From: Mobula hypostoma
Lineage: Eukaryota
Assembly: GCF_963921235.1 (NCBI RefSeq)
Contig: NC_086109.1
Span: 32,428,001-32,492,000 of the forward strand
DNA length: 64,000 bases
Direction of reading: 5' to 3'
Positions 39,500 through 51,929 of the stretch are shown one piece after another. A model generated the notes under the pieces. That model worked only from the letters and a program-made list of their open reading frames with translations. It was not told where the DNA came from and did no database searches. The position numbers and the translations under genes are program-made. How positions within the stretch are numbered: position 1 is the stretch's first letter; each line of letters begins with the position of its first letter.

Positions 39500-41060
39500 C
39501 TGTTAATTGCGTCACTATTCATTCAACAATAGTCGTACAGCATACTATTTGCATGCTGGGCCACATAACTTCCTGACCATCACTCTACCAGGATTATTCT
39601 TAACACTGGAGCCTCACAAAGCTGTCCTCAGCCTCCGAGTTTACTCACAGTACACTGACGGCTGCATGTCCAGACTCTATTCCAACTTCATCTACAAGTT
39701 GGCATATGGTAACACCATAGTGGGCTGTATTTAAAATAATGAGTCAATGATACATTTTTAAAAATTGCCTAGAGTCATAGGGGACATGCCAAATTGCTTT
39801 AGCCTTCCAAGGAAGGAGATAAAGCCTAGTAACATGAAAGAACTTTTCCCTCAATGTCAGCAGAATAAAAAAGGTGGTCACTGACTTCAGGCAGAGGGAC
39901 TGTGCACACACTTCTGTTTACATCAGAGGTGCTGAGTGTGGAAGGGCTGATAGCTTCATGTTACTAGGAGTGAACATCACCAGTAGCCTGCCCTGGACCA
40001 ACAACAGACACCACAACAAACTTCCTCAGCAAGCTAAAGAAATTTAGCATGTCTACTTTGACCCTCACCATTTTTTTTTGCTGCACCATGGAAAGGACCC
40101 AATACGGATGCATCACAGCTTACAAAGGCAATTGCTCTGCCCATGACCTCAAGAAATTGCAGAGATGAAGACACAACTTAGCACACAGAAACCAGCCTCC
40201 AGTTAATGGACTATCTATCGTACACTTCAGTGCCTTAGTAAAACAACTGGCGTAATCAAAGATCTCACCCAACCAAAACATTATCTCTTCTCCTCCCTTC
40301 ATCAGGCAGGAGATAGAACAGCAGGGTAGAAGCTGAGCTTGAACCTGGTAGTCGTGATTTTACGCTTTTGTGAGACTACTGAATGATTCCGTACAATAAC
40401 ATGGATTCCTGATCATACTGGCTAACAACACTGTACTTTCTTAGTGTAGCAACACTTCTGCACTTTATTATTGTTCTATATTGTACTTCAATGCACCATT
40501 GAAACAAATAGATCTGCATGAATGGTATGCAAGAGAAGTTTTTCCATCATACCTCAGCATTTGTGAAAATGATGAGCCAATCTAAAATTTATCAATGTGA
40601 AAAATATAAAGCTTTTTGGGGGTGGGGGGGGGTAGCCGATGAGGAGAGATCGAGTTGTCTGGGACTATAGTCGCTGGAATTCAGAAGAATGAGAAGCAAT
40701 CTTATAGAAACAAAATTATGAAATAGATATACAAGATAGAAGCAGAACTTGTTTCCACTGAGAAGCAAGGCTAGAACGAGGGGACATGCCCTCAAGATTC
40801 GGGGGAGTGGATTAGGACGGATTGAGAAGGAACAAATTTTCCCAGAGAGTGGTGAGTCTGTGCAATTCTCTGCCCAAGGAAGTAGTAGAGGCTTCACCAC
40901 TAAATATATTTAAACCACAGTTTGATAGATTTTTGCACTGCAGGGAAATCAAGGATTATGGGGAAAGTTAGGTAAGTGGAGCTGAGACCAAGGCCAAATC
41001 AACGATGACCTTTTTGAATGCCGAAGCAGCTCAACAGGCCAAATGGAGTAATCCTGCTCA
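39500..41060 (+). mobile_element. Degraded Rex1-type LINE (~39500-40570) followed by a CR1 3' fragment (~40620-41060)
   Basis: Remnant RT and C-terminal motifs. CR1 3' end similar to 11440-11810. Confidence 0.65.
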
Positions 41061-41477
41061 TATTTTTTTGTGTTCTTATGATCCACAAGCTTATAATTAG
41101 TGATAGCATACAAAAAAAATCAATAAAGCAATGTGAAATATTTATAAATGATTGGCCATCCTCAGCTCCAGCACTATGCCATATTCTGAAAACAAAATAT
41201 TAAAGACAAATGTTGAGGATTTATTTACAGGTACTAGTGATGCAGAAATTCAATTACGTGGAGGAATATGAAAAGCAGGAATTGTTTCCCACAAGAGGGG
41301 GGCAGTTGACGGGAAATGTAAAAGTGAGTTTCAGAATGGTAAAAAGGTTTACATACGAGGGTAAATTGGTTCCACCTGCAAGAAAGTCACTATGAAGAGG
41401 ATTCAGATAATTGATAGATTATTAAGATAATTGATAAAAGAACTAAGGGCCAGGTGAGAGATTTTGTTTTTGAAATA

Positions 41478-43057
41478 CAGGTTTCCCCCGCCATCCGAAG
41501 GTAGAGCATTCCTATGAAATGGTTCGTAAGCCAAAATGTCGTAAAGCGCAGAAGCAATTACCATTTATTTATATGGGAAAATTTTGTGAGCGTTCGCAGA
41601 CCCAAAAATAACCTACCAAATCATGCCAAATAACACACAAAACCTAAAATAACAGTAACATATAGTAGAAGCAGGAATGATATGATAAGTACACAGCCTA
41701 TATATAAAGTAGAAATACTTCTCCACAATCATTACTGCACTGTTCTCAGTAGTGAAAATCTCACACAAGCGCTGTTGGCAAAAACATGGCGCAAGCGCTC
41801 TCCAGTAACCTTTAAGCTATGAAGCTGCCAAATCATACCAAATAACACGTAAAAATACTGTACACAGCCTATATAAAGTAGAAATAATGTATGTACAGTG
41901 TAGTATCACTTACCGGAATGGGGAAAACAGCGCCGAGCACACAGATGATGGTGTGTTAGACTAAGTCGTCGCAGGTTGGGGTGGTGCAGTGGCCCCCACC
42001 CTCCAGGCCGCCAACTAATATATTGCCGCGAAGCATGCAGGGGTGCAGTGGTAGCCGGGAGGCATACAGCACATCTTTAAGAAAAAAGCTGAAACAAACA
42101 TGCTAATTAATTAGGTGCCACCCGGCACGTAATTGTCCGCCCAGATCAGTGCCGATTTCCGATAGTGTTGTCTCTGATCTCGACCAACAATTAGGTGTCA
42201 GGCGGCACCTAATTAATTAGCATGTTTATTTCGGCTTTTTTCTTAAAGATGTGCTGTGTGTCTCCCGGCTACTGCTGCATTCTCCGCGAATCGGTTTCTC
42301 TCCGTGGCCTGGGCGTTGGGGTGGTGGGACACTGGGGTGTCATCTCGTCATCGTCTGTTTCCATTAGGGCAGCCAGGTCATCTTCTATCTCTGCCCGCCT
42401 CGATGTCGAAGGTCGAGGTTCGTCGTCTGCTGTGGCTGATGTGGAAAGCCTGCTTGACTGCCGAGCCTTGCGCATTTTTCTATCACATAGTTCTTTGTAA
42501 GGACTTAAACCATCCTGCAAATATCCCCTAAACTGACGTACCCTTTCAAAATTGAAGTCGTACTTTATCATTACTCATTCGGTTTCGATTGTTATCCTTT
42601 TTTCTTCCAATTGCATCAGCTCTTCATCTATCAGTTCTTGGTCCTGGGATGCCAAAACCTCTTCAACATCATGTTCGTCAGCTTCCACAAGCCAAACTCA
42701 CTTTGTCCTTACTTCATTCACCACGATCGAAACACTTAATTGTGTCTAGTTTTACGCTAAGTGTAACAACCTTACGAGCTCTTTTAGGCTTTTCCGATAC
42801 CGTAGAACTCATCTTGCAAACGACTGCTCACAGGCATGTGCTTAAGCAATGCCGGCGAGAATGCAGTTCCGAATCCGGGGAGAGCGGCTGCTCGGGGCGC
42901 GCACTGCCTTTTATCGCGCGCGGATTTTTTAATCGTGTGCTGCTTTTTTTTCGTGACAGTGAAAACACCTTCTGAAAGCGAAAACAGGGTACTAATGTAG
43001 GTCTTTTGTAACAGTGAGATTTTGTAAAGTGAACGTTCGAAAAGCGGGGGACACCTG
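41478..43057 (-). mobile_element. Tigger/pogo-like internally deleted DNA transposon, 1580 bp
   Basis: TA|caggtttcccccgc ... gcgggggacacctg|TA. On the minus strand MSSTVSEKPKRARKVVTLSVKLDTIK (CENP-B-type N-terminus) is joined to an acidic C-terminus DVEEVLASQDQELIDEELMQLEE. The DDE domain is absent. Confidence 0.88.
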
Positions 43058-43231
43058 TAGTGTTTTAAGATCACTTGGAATGTATGCTTGGAAAGCTGGT
43101 GGAAGTAAATTCAAGACAAACTTTCCAAAGAGTCGTATTTAATTAAAACTAAACAATTTGTAGGATTACAGCTAGTGTAGATAATGGGACAAAATTGGAT
43201 AGTTCTTGGTAAAGGCACGATTACCTAGTTA

Positions 43232-43429
<198 letters not shown>

Positions 43430-43458
43430 TCAAAATAAATATTTGAAGTTATAATCTG

Positions 43459-43947
43459 CAGTACTGTGCAAGAGTCTTAGACATAAATATTTAGGGAGCT
43501 CAAGACATTCGCAGTATTACGGTAATGTATTACACTGGACTGCTGCCGCAAAGTCATGATAAACCTGATTCTGATAAGGGTCTCTTTTGTGGACTGAGAG
43601 TTGGAAGGGTCAGGGAGAAGGGAAGCATGGTTGGGAAGAGGGGAAGGGAGCGGGAAGCATCAGCGTCATGCTGTAATGATCAATAAACCAATTGTTTGGA
43701 ATCAAATGACCTTGCCTGGTGTCTCAGGGTTGGATGTGTCTTCACCCGTGCCACCCTCCATCCCTGGCACTCCTTCTGCCACCTGTACCACACCCCTCCC
43801 ACAATGCTCCACCCTCACCATTCCCAACATACTTTGCTCTCACCAGATTTACAAAGTTGCTCTTTGCTCCACGTTGATCAATACAGTGCTGTGCAGAAGC
43901 TTTAGGCATTCCAGCTATACACAACCTAAAACTTTTCCACAGTACTG
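43459..43947 (-). mobile_element. Composite TA-flanked element, copy 2 (inverted relative to copy 1)
   Basis: Same internal sequence (aataaaccaattgtttggaatcaaatgaccttgcctggtgtctcaggg) and palindromic cagtactgtgca ends. Confidence 0.8.
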
Positions 43948-46046
43948 TACAATATAAAGAACCAACCATATTCTGTCAAATAGATACTCTTAAAGTGTAG
44001 CAGCTCAAATAAATTGGATTTATATACTTCAATAGAGTGCATTTTCTTTGTTAAGATATTTTTTTCAAAAGCCATTACAAATATAAGCAAGGCAGTAATG
44101 TGGGAGCTAATTGGCACAGAAAAAAAAATCATTTGACCTCTGAGAGCATAAATCTAGCAGGCAATGAATATGCCTACCTCAAAAATTATGGTCCTAATTA
44201 AGTTTCCAGAGTTCACAGAATCTAAGTGATGCAAGATCAGTCCATAAAATCTGATTATAGTTCAGAACTATTATTTTATTTTAATCAAAACAGTGGCATT
44301 AGACTTTTGGAATATTTGTCTCGAATGGTTTATGCTTTCACTGACAATTCATTAGATGAGAGTGCCAAATATTTAGAATGCGAACATTCTAATTTTGATG
44401 GAACATAGAATACATGGATTGATAGGGTGGGGAGAAGGTACAGTACAAGGAAATCAAGTTACTCACAGGGAAAATGCAAAACAATGCCACCATTGAAAGC
44501 ATTTAATTTTCACTCTGCAAGAAAAACTGCACATGGAGCACACAGAGGAGTTTTAAAATTTTAAACCTTGAACTGTCATGTTCTTTAATTTTCCTACTTC
44601 GGTAGCAGATTTCCAGAGTTCAAATGAAAGTGTTTTTTTCTTCACTATCCATGAGTTTTGGTCTTTGCCTTTATCTAGTTACACAACAGACTCTGGCCTG
44701 GATTCTGTGCAAAGGCAGCAAAATCACCATTCCTCTGCTTACATGTTTGAACAGTTCAGACGCCCAAGGAAAAGCCCTGATCTTAATGGATGAGTGCCAA
44801 TAGTTGTTTCCCAGCAGTGCTGAACTTTCCCATGAAGTACAATAACTGATCATGATCTTGCTGGGATTTCTCAACATTTATGCTTGTAAGGTTATACGAC
44901 TGTAGAGAAGGGATAGATAATGCTTTTAGCTATTGAAAAAAAAGTGTTTGAAATTGCTTTTAGTTCATTTTGGGAAAAAAAAGTTTATTTCCATATATTT
45001 ACATGACATTGAATAAGCTTGACAATCCTGATAGCTGGCAAAGCTGGGCAGTGGGCTTTGCTAGCTGTCAAAAACCTTCAATAGCATTTGGCCCACCCGG
45101 TTCCACATTACATGGTCTGAGTCCCCAGTACTGCTCAGGCTCTGGCTAATTGTACCAGCATTATCAGCCTTCCAAATGCAGCTGAGTGAAGAATGCAGGT
45201 GGCAAGGTCCTATCTGTAAGCTCCAGGTCAATTTCCCTCAGCCCCTCCACAATTCCCCTTTCATTACACTCCTGATCTGTTCTGTTCTGTTTTATTTTGT
45301 AGAGCTCGGTTTTCCCCACAGAGTTGAGGCTTCAGGTTCCCTGGTCAGTATAAACACTTTTTTTTGTTTTTTGATTTTATCTTAGATAGATTTTTGCATA
45401 GGGTAATGGGGAAGAGGCAGGTAAGTGGACCGAGTCCATGGCCGATCAGCCACGATCTTATTGAATGGCAGCACAGGCTCAACAGGCCAGATGATTGATT
45501 ACAGTACATAAGTTCTTATAATCGCTTGACAAAACCATAACCAACTACAGACTGACATGCAATGCATTGAGGGCAGGAAAAATGATACTATGCACCTGAT
45601 TGAAAACTCTAGAATGCCTCCACATCCAGTAACTTAAAAGCCAAGTTTACCTTCACTTGGCTCTAATGAGATTAAAAAGCACCTTTCATTTTGATGCAAT
45701 TAATTTTAATTCTAAAATCAATTCTCTTAAGAATAACAAGAATTCTTTTAGAAGAACTTGAACGATTCTTTCTGAAAACAATGCCACTTACAAAAGTTAC
45801 AAAATTACTGAAAAATAAAATCGAAAGGGAAACTAGGCAATGTTTTCCATTATTTCATACCATTCACTTTTAAGATTACTCAGAACTACTTCCATATAGG
45901 AACTGCTTCTATTTAAGGAATTGGGGCTCTTTTAAATAACAGTTCATAACCATTTTCAATTGACATAACTGGAAAAGGTAACAGAAACATACTGATGTAT
46001 AAAGTCACATAAAATGAAGGACAAAATTATATAGGAGCACACTTAC

Positions 46047-46105
46047 ACATCTGTAAATTCTTCCAAAGTTACTGCTGGTGTGAAAACATCCAACAGGCCA
46101 ATCAC
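46047..46105 (-). CDS. MAPK14: p38-alpha exon 3 (59 nt): VIGLLDVFTPAVTLEEFTDV
   Basis: Manual translation. Acceptor TATAG, donor GTAAGT. Phase-compatible with exons 2 and 4. Confidence 0.96.
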
Positions 46106-46676
46106 CTATAAACAAAATTTTAAAAAACGGGACAAGGGAGAAAACTTGAGATGTAGTTACTTTACTCAAGAAGTATCCCATTTTAAGACAAACTCTTTCT
46201 TTGCTTTGGTCTTAATTGACAAATATTTTTTGAAATAGCTAAAAATATCAAATGATGACAGTATTTTTGGAACTACTGAAAATAGCAAAATGTATATGTT
46301 CACTCAAATTATATTCACAATCATGATGCATAGGTGTTTCAGCACCACCAAATGATACAGATTACCAGAAAAGTGAATTCTGATGTTACTGAATGGTGGG
46401 AAGTGCAGAGGACAGGACGAGGGATGGGGAAGGACAGAAACCTGAAAAAAGTAGGGAAAAGAAGAGGGTGAACAGCAGGGGAAGGGAGAAGCAGCTAAAA
46501 GATAAGAACAAGATCAGTAACCCAAGGATTTGTTGATTTTTTAAGATGGCTGGGAAAAAAAACAGCAAAAATAGGGAGAGTTGTTTTTTTAAATGCAGGC
46601 ACTTGCTACGATCAGCAAAAAAAAAAGCAAATGAATTGGAAATAAAATTCCATTGCAATTTTTAAAGAGGAATTGG

Positions 46677-48270
46677 ATATGCCTTGAAAAAGCATTCAGC
46701 TCCCTCAACTGTTTTCACATTTTACTGTCTCATTCTCTAAAATATATTAAAGTAGAATTTTTAGAGCTAATCTACAAAACATTGTGCATCGTGTCAAATC
46801 CAAACAAAAATTCCAAAGCCCGTCAACAAGTTACTAAAAATTAAAAACTAAATTGAGAGACTGAAAACATTATGATCCCCTTTGTAATTACTATGCTAAT
46901 TTTCCTTAGGTGTAATATTACCTTACCAACTCACCCAATTTATTGATATATAACATTGGGAGGATCACCCATTTTCAATGAATTCATAGGAATACGCAAA
47001 TAACCCCCTCTTTCTGTATGGTTCAATAGTATAGCAGAATTTTCAACAGACCAAACCACAATGAAGACAAAAGAGCATTCAAGACAAGTAAAGTAAATGA
47101 TAATAGAGAAGCACAAATCTGGGGGTGGATACAAGACTATCCTAAAAGCCTCATACCTCAGAGCTCAGTGCAGCACGTTGTGAAAAACTGGGAAACATAT
47201 GAAACCCAGTTCACACTGCCTAGGTCAGGCCGCCCCTCTAAACTTAGTTGCCGGAGAAGAATGGCGCTTGTAAGAAAGGCTAGTGTGATGCCAACAGTCT
47301 GGGTGAGCTGCAGAAGACTGACTGCAACTGGAGATGAAGTTCACGGTTCCACAATCTCCCAAGGCCTTGCACAAAAAGGTTATTTATGGGAGAGTGGTAA
47401 GGAAGAAGTCTTGGCAAAAAAAAAAGCACATCCTTGCCACTAAAGACTTTGTAAAGCCTCACATAAGATATTGTAAAGATACGGAAGAAGGCCTTGTGGT
47501 CAGATGAGACTTAACGAGAACTTTTTGGCCTCAACAATAAACAGAATGTGTGGTGTAAATCTAATACTGCAGAATAGCCTGGTAACACCATTCTTCCTGT
47601 AAAGTATGGTGGACGGTAGCATCATACTATGGGGATGCTTTTCAGCAGCAGGGACTGGAAATCTGGTCAGGATTGATGGGAAGATGAATTCAGAGTGATC
47701 CCGGATAAAAACCAGCTAGCCTGCCAGAAAACTTAAACTAGGGAGGAAATTTGTCTTTTAGCAGGACAACGATCCAAAGCATACTGCCAGAGCAACCATG
47801 GAGTGGCTTCAAATGAAGAAAATTGATGTCCTCGAGAGACCCAGACTCTTGACTTAAACCAGATCAAACATCTCTGGCAATACCTCAAGATTGCCATCCA
47901 CCGCTGCTCCCCAACTAACATAGCATGGCTTAAGCAATTTTGCAAGGAAAAATAGGTAAATATTGTTCCAATATGTTGTGTAAAGCTAATGAGATTTTTT
48001 CAAAAAGACTTCTGGCTATAATAGCTGTGAGAGGTGGTTCAACCACATGCTGAGCAAAGGGAGATGAATACTTTTGAACTGCTGACATTTCAGATTTTGA
48101 AATTTCAGTTTTCCATGCTTTATAATTTTCTGTTTTTCAGGCTCTACTGTGAAAAAGAGGAGCATGTGATTCACAAATAAAAATTCTCAGTTAAATTGAT
48201 CAAAATCCCTGGTTGTAATACTCATATATGTGAACAAAGGGATGGGGCTGAATTACCTTTACAAGCACTA
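46677..48270 (+). mobile_element. Second inactivated Tc1-family transposon, in intron 2
   Basis: [41 protein letters not shown] and QDNDPKHT motifs. Ends aaaagcattcagctccc / ggggctgaattacctttacaagcac. Confidence 0.85.
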
Positions 48271-48869
48271 TACTCGCAGAAAACAACAGCTGGTCTCCAG
48301 GGAAAGAACAGAGCCGAATAGTGGAATTGATCGGATAACTCCTTGAGAAAATTGAAATGTTCAGTGATCCAATTGGTCTGATAATATTAATATATTCAAT
48401 GATGCAATTTTAATCATACTATGGAAACAGGTGCCACCATATACCACCATAACATTTCCCTGCTCCAGTTACGGTTCACGTAGGGCAGTATAGATGCAAA
48501 TACAAGCATCCTGTGTAGCTTCCTGCATTTTAAAAGTCAAAATTAATATTCTTCAATCATGTAGCAACCATATGCACACAAGCCAAACTAAATTAATTTA
48601 GCAATGCAGTGACAAAATTGTCAAGTTTATAATCAGCAGCAAAACCACTGTTGATATTGAAGAACACCAGATCCATTGACCTCTGGTGTGGATTTCAGTT
48701 TTCATGATGCCAGGTATTATCAGGCACCACTTTTAGTTTCAAACAGAGATACCATTAACAGAAACTTTACAGCCAATCATCATTAATAATTCTCAGACTG
48801 AAACCAGGAAAGGAAAATTACACATTTAGCTAATATTTTAGAAAGTTGAAAATAAACACATTTCAGCCC

Positions 48870-51090
48870 ATTAGTCTCATGTTTATTAGTACGTGGAGAA
48901 GCCAACTGGAGGAGAAAACATACTGTATTTGGGAAATTAACTGGGCCAAGTGACAGTGGGTGAACACATTGAGAATAGTGACCATAACATTATGCTTTAA
49001 CATGGTTATGAGGACCTCATGGAAAGGGTAAATTACAATAGGATAAGATAGCAGTTAAAGGGCATTGATAAGGATTTGATGCTGTGGGACAAATCCAACC
49101 CTGACATGTGGAAGTTGTTTAAAAACAGCAGATCAGAGTTTGAGATTTGCATGCTCAAGCAAGGAGTAATGACAAGAATAGTGAGGCAAGTTAACAGCAA
49201 ATAACTCCGGAGGTCCTAAATTTAGTCAGGAAGAAAAAGGAAGCATACATGAGGCTCAGGATACCAGAAATGAGACTAGGGCCTTGTGGAATAAAACGTT
49301 AGCAGGGAAGTGCTCAAGCAGGCAGACAAGAGTCAGCAGTTTAAATGGTTCGGCACAGACTCGATGGGCCAAAGGGCCCGTTTCTGTGTTGTAGCTTTCT
49401 ATGGCTACAACTCAGGTGATTAAGGTGACTAAAAAGGATTCATAAAATATCTTTGACAAACAACATCAAGGAGAATCACAAGACATTTCATACTTACATT
49501 AAGGAAAAAGGAATAACTGAAGGAGAGCATGGGTTCACTTAAGGATAAAGGAGGGAAATTATGTTTGGAGTCAGAGCAAGTGGCTGAGGGACTAAATGAT
49601 AAAAGGTGTCCATAATAACTCTGAAAGATTTGGAGGATTGAGAATAGAGAACGGGGCATGCTAATATGCTGGAATATTTTGGGATTAAGGATTCAGTACT
49701 GGGCCTTCTGCATTGAGAGCAATGAAAGAAGCAAATGAGATTGCTGGGGCTTTGATAAAGATCTTTGCAGACTCACAAGCAACAGGTGGGGGCCCAGAGG
49801 ACTGAAGGATAGCAAATGTTGTATTTTTTTTCGAGTAAATAGAAATAATCCAGGTAATTATAGACCAGTGACTCTCATGATAATGGTAGGGAAGCTTTTG
49901 GAGAAAAGGCTAAGGGACAGGATTTATCAGCATTTGGAAAGGCGTGGCCTACTAAAGAACAGTCAGTGTGGCTTTGTACAGGGCAAGTCATGCCTTACAA
50001 ACTTGATCAAGTTGTTTTTTCCTGAGCTTGACAAGGGTAAGGCAGTGGACATTATCTACATGGACCATAGTATGTAATTTGATAAGGTCTCGCATAATAG
50101 TTTGATTCAGAACATGAAGAGGATTCAGAGTGATATGCAAGTTTAGGTTCAGAACCTACTTGTGCATAGAAGACAAAGTAGCGGTGAAAGGCTGTTATTC
50201 TGGATGGGAGGCCACGACCAGTGATGTTCCATAATGATTGGTGCTGAGACCTTTTGTATATATTTATCAATAATTTGGATAAAAATATCAATAGACAGAT
50301 TAGCAGATGAGATCAAAATTGATGGAGAAGTAGACATTGTAAAGGAAAATAAAGAATTCTACAGCAGGATATACGTAGGTATGGGCAGCGAGATGGCAGA
50401 CAGAAAAAGTTAATGGTGGGCCCCTAAGCAGCATCGAGATACAGGACCATCACTCATTGAAAGCAATTACACAAGTAGCTAAGGTGAAAGGTGGCAAATG
50501 GCATGCTTGCCTTTATTTGTAGGGTGTTGAGTGTGACAACAAGGAAGTCATACTGCAGTTCTGTAAAGCAGTCAGATCTCACTTGGACTACTATATACAG
50601 TTCTGATCACCCCATTCTAGTAAGCATGTGGAGACTGGAGAGGGTAGAGGTTTACCAGAATACTCCATGGATTAAGAGGGTATGAGCTACAAGGAAAACC
50701 TGTACAAACTTGGGTTGTTCTCCCTAGAGTGTTGGAGAGATCTGATAAAAGTATTTAAAATTAAGAAAGGCATAGATAGGTTAGACAGTCAGAGTTTTTT
50801 CCCCAGGGTAGAAATGTCAAATACCTAAGGATGCGTTTTTAAGGTTGGGGGCTAGAAGTTTTTTTAAAATAAATGCAGAAAGACTGGTAGGTTGGAATAG
50901 GTTACTGGGTTAGTAGGGGGATGAGGCAATTTGGCAGAGTTTAAGAGGGTTTTTTTGTTAGACACTAATATGAAGAGAATCGAGGGATGTGGATGATACA
51001 CAGGACAATGACATTCAGCATTAATTAACACCAAGGACAGCACGTCATGAGGTAAAGCCTGACCAGTGCGGTACTGTTCTAGGCTCTAAT
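48870..51090 (+). mobile_element. Degraded CR1 LINE ORF2 and 3' end
   Basis: PGNYRPVTL, GFVQGKSCLTNL and ANGMLAFI motifs; ORFs 49868 and 50491. Confidence 0.8.
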
Positions 51091-51159
51091 AATACAGCAA
51101 ACTCTGATACTGATACAAAGTAACTTATTTTTTTTCAAATCCAAAAGCACTATATTTTA

Positions 51160-51428
51160 TCGCAAACAACAGGAATTCTGCAGATGCTGGAAATTCAAGC
51201 AACATACATCAAAGTTGCTGGTGAACGCAGCAGGCCAAGCAGCATCTGTAGGAAGAGGTGCAGTCGACGTTTCAGGCCGAGACCCTTCGTCAGGACTAAC
51301 TGAAGGAAGAGTGAGTAAGGGATTTGAAAGTTGGAGGGGGAGGGGGAGATCCAAAATGATAGGAGAAGACAGGAGGGGGAGGGATAGAGCCGAGAGCTGG
51401 ACAGGTGATAGGCAAAAGGGGATACGAG
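51160..51428 (-). mobile_element. Well-preserved Penelope terminal fragment
   Basis: CpG-retaining copy of the repeat also seen at 15390-15480, 31866, 57125 and 59790. Confidence 0.8.
51261..51298 (-). ncRNA. Minimal type I hammerhead ribozyme (Penelope-associated)
   Basis: Minus strand reads UAGUC-CUGACGA-AGG gucucgg CCU-GAAA-CG-UC^GACUG: intact core, stem I, 3-bp stem II, palindromic ACGU stem III. Confidence 0.75.
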
Positions 51429-51529
51429 AGGATTATGTCATCATTTATTAAAGTTAATAATTACATTTAGCAATGAAGTTGCCAAAGTGGACACAAGAGG
51501 TTGGAACATATACAAAAATATAGATGTTA

Positions 51530-51754
<225 letters not shown>

Positions 51755-51929
51755 TTAGGAACTTAGAAATTTTCAAAAATATTACTGACCATATAACTAT
51801 TAAGAATTCTATCAATACTCTACATTCAGCATTAACTTGATCAAACCAATTCTTTCATTTAAAAAGAAATCAATATTCCTAACATCACAAGGTAGATTAA
51901 ACCACTCAATTTCAATTTTGCTTTTTAGT

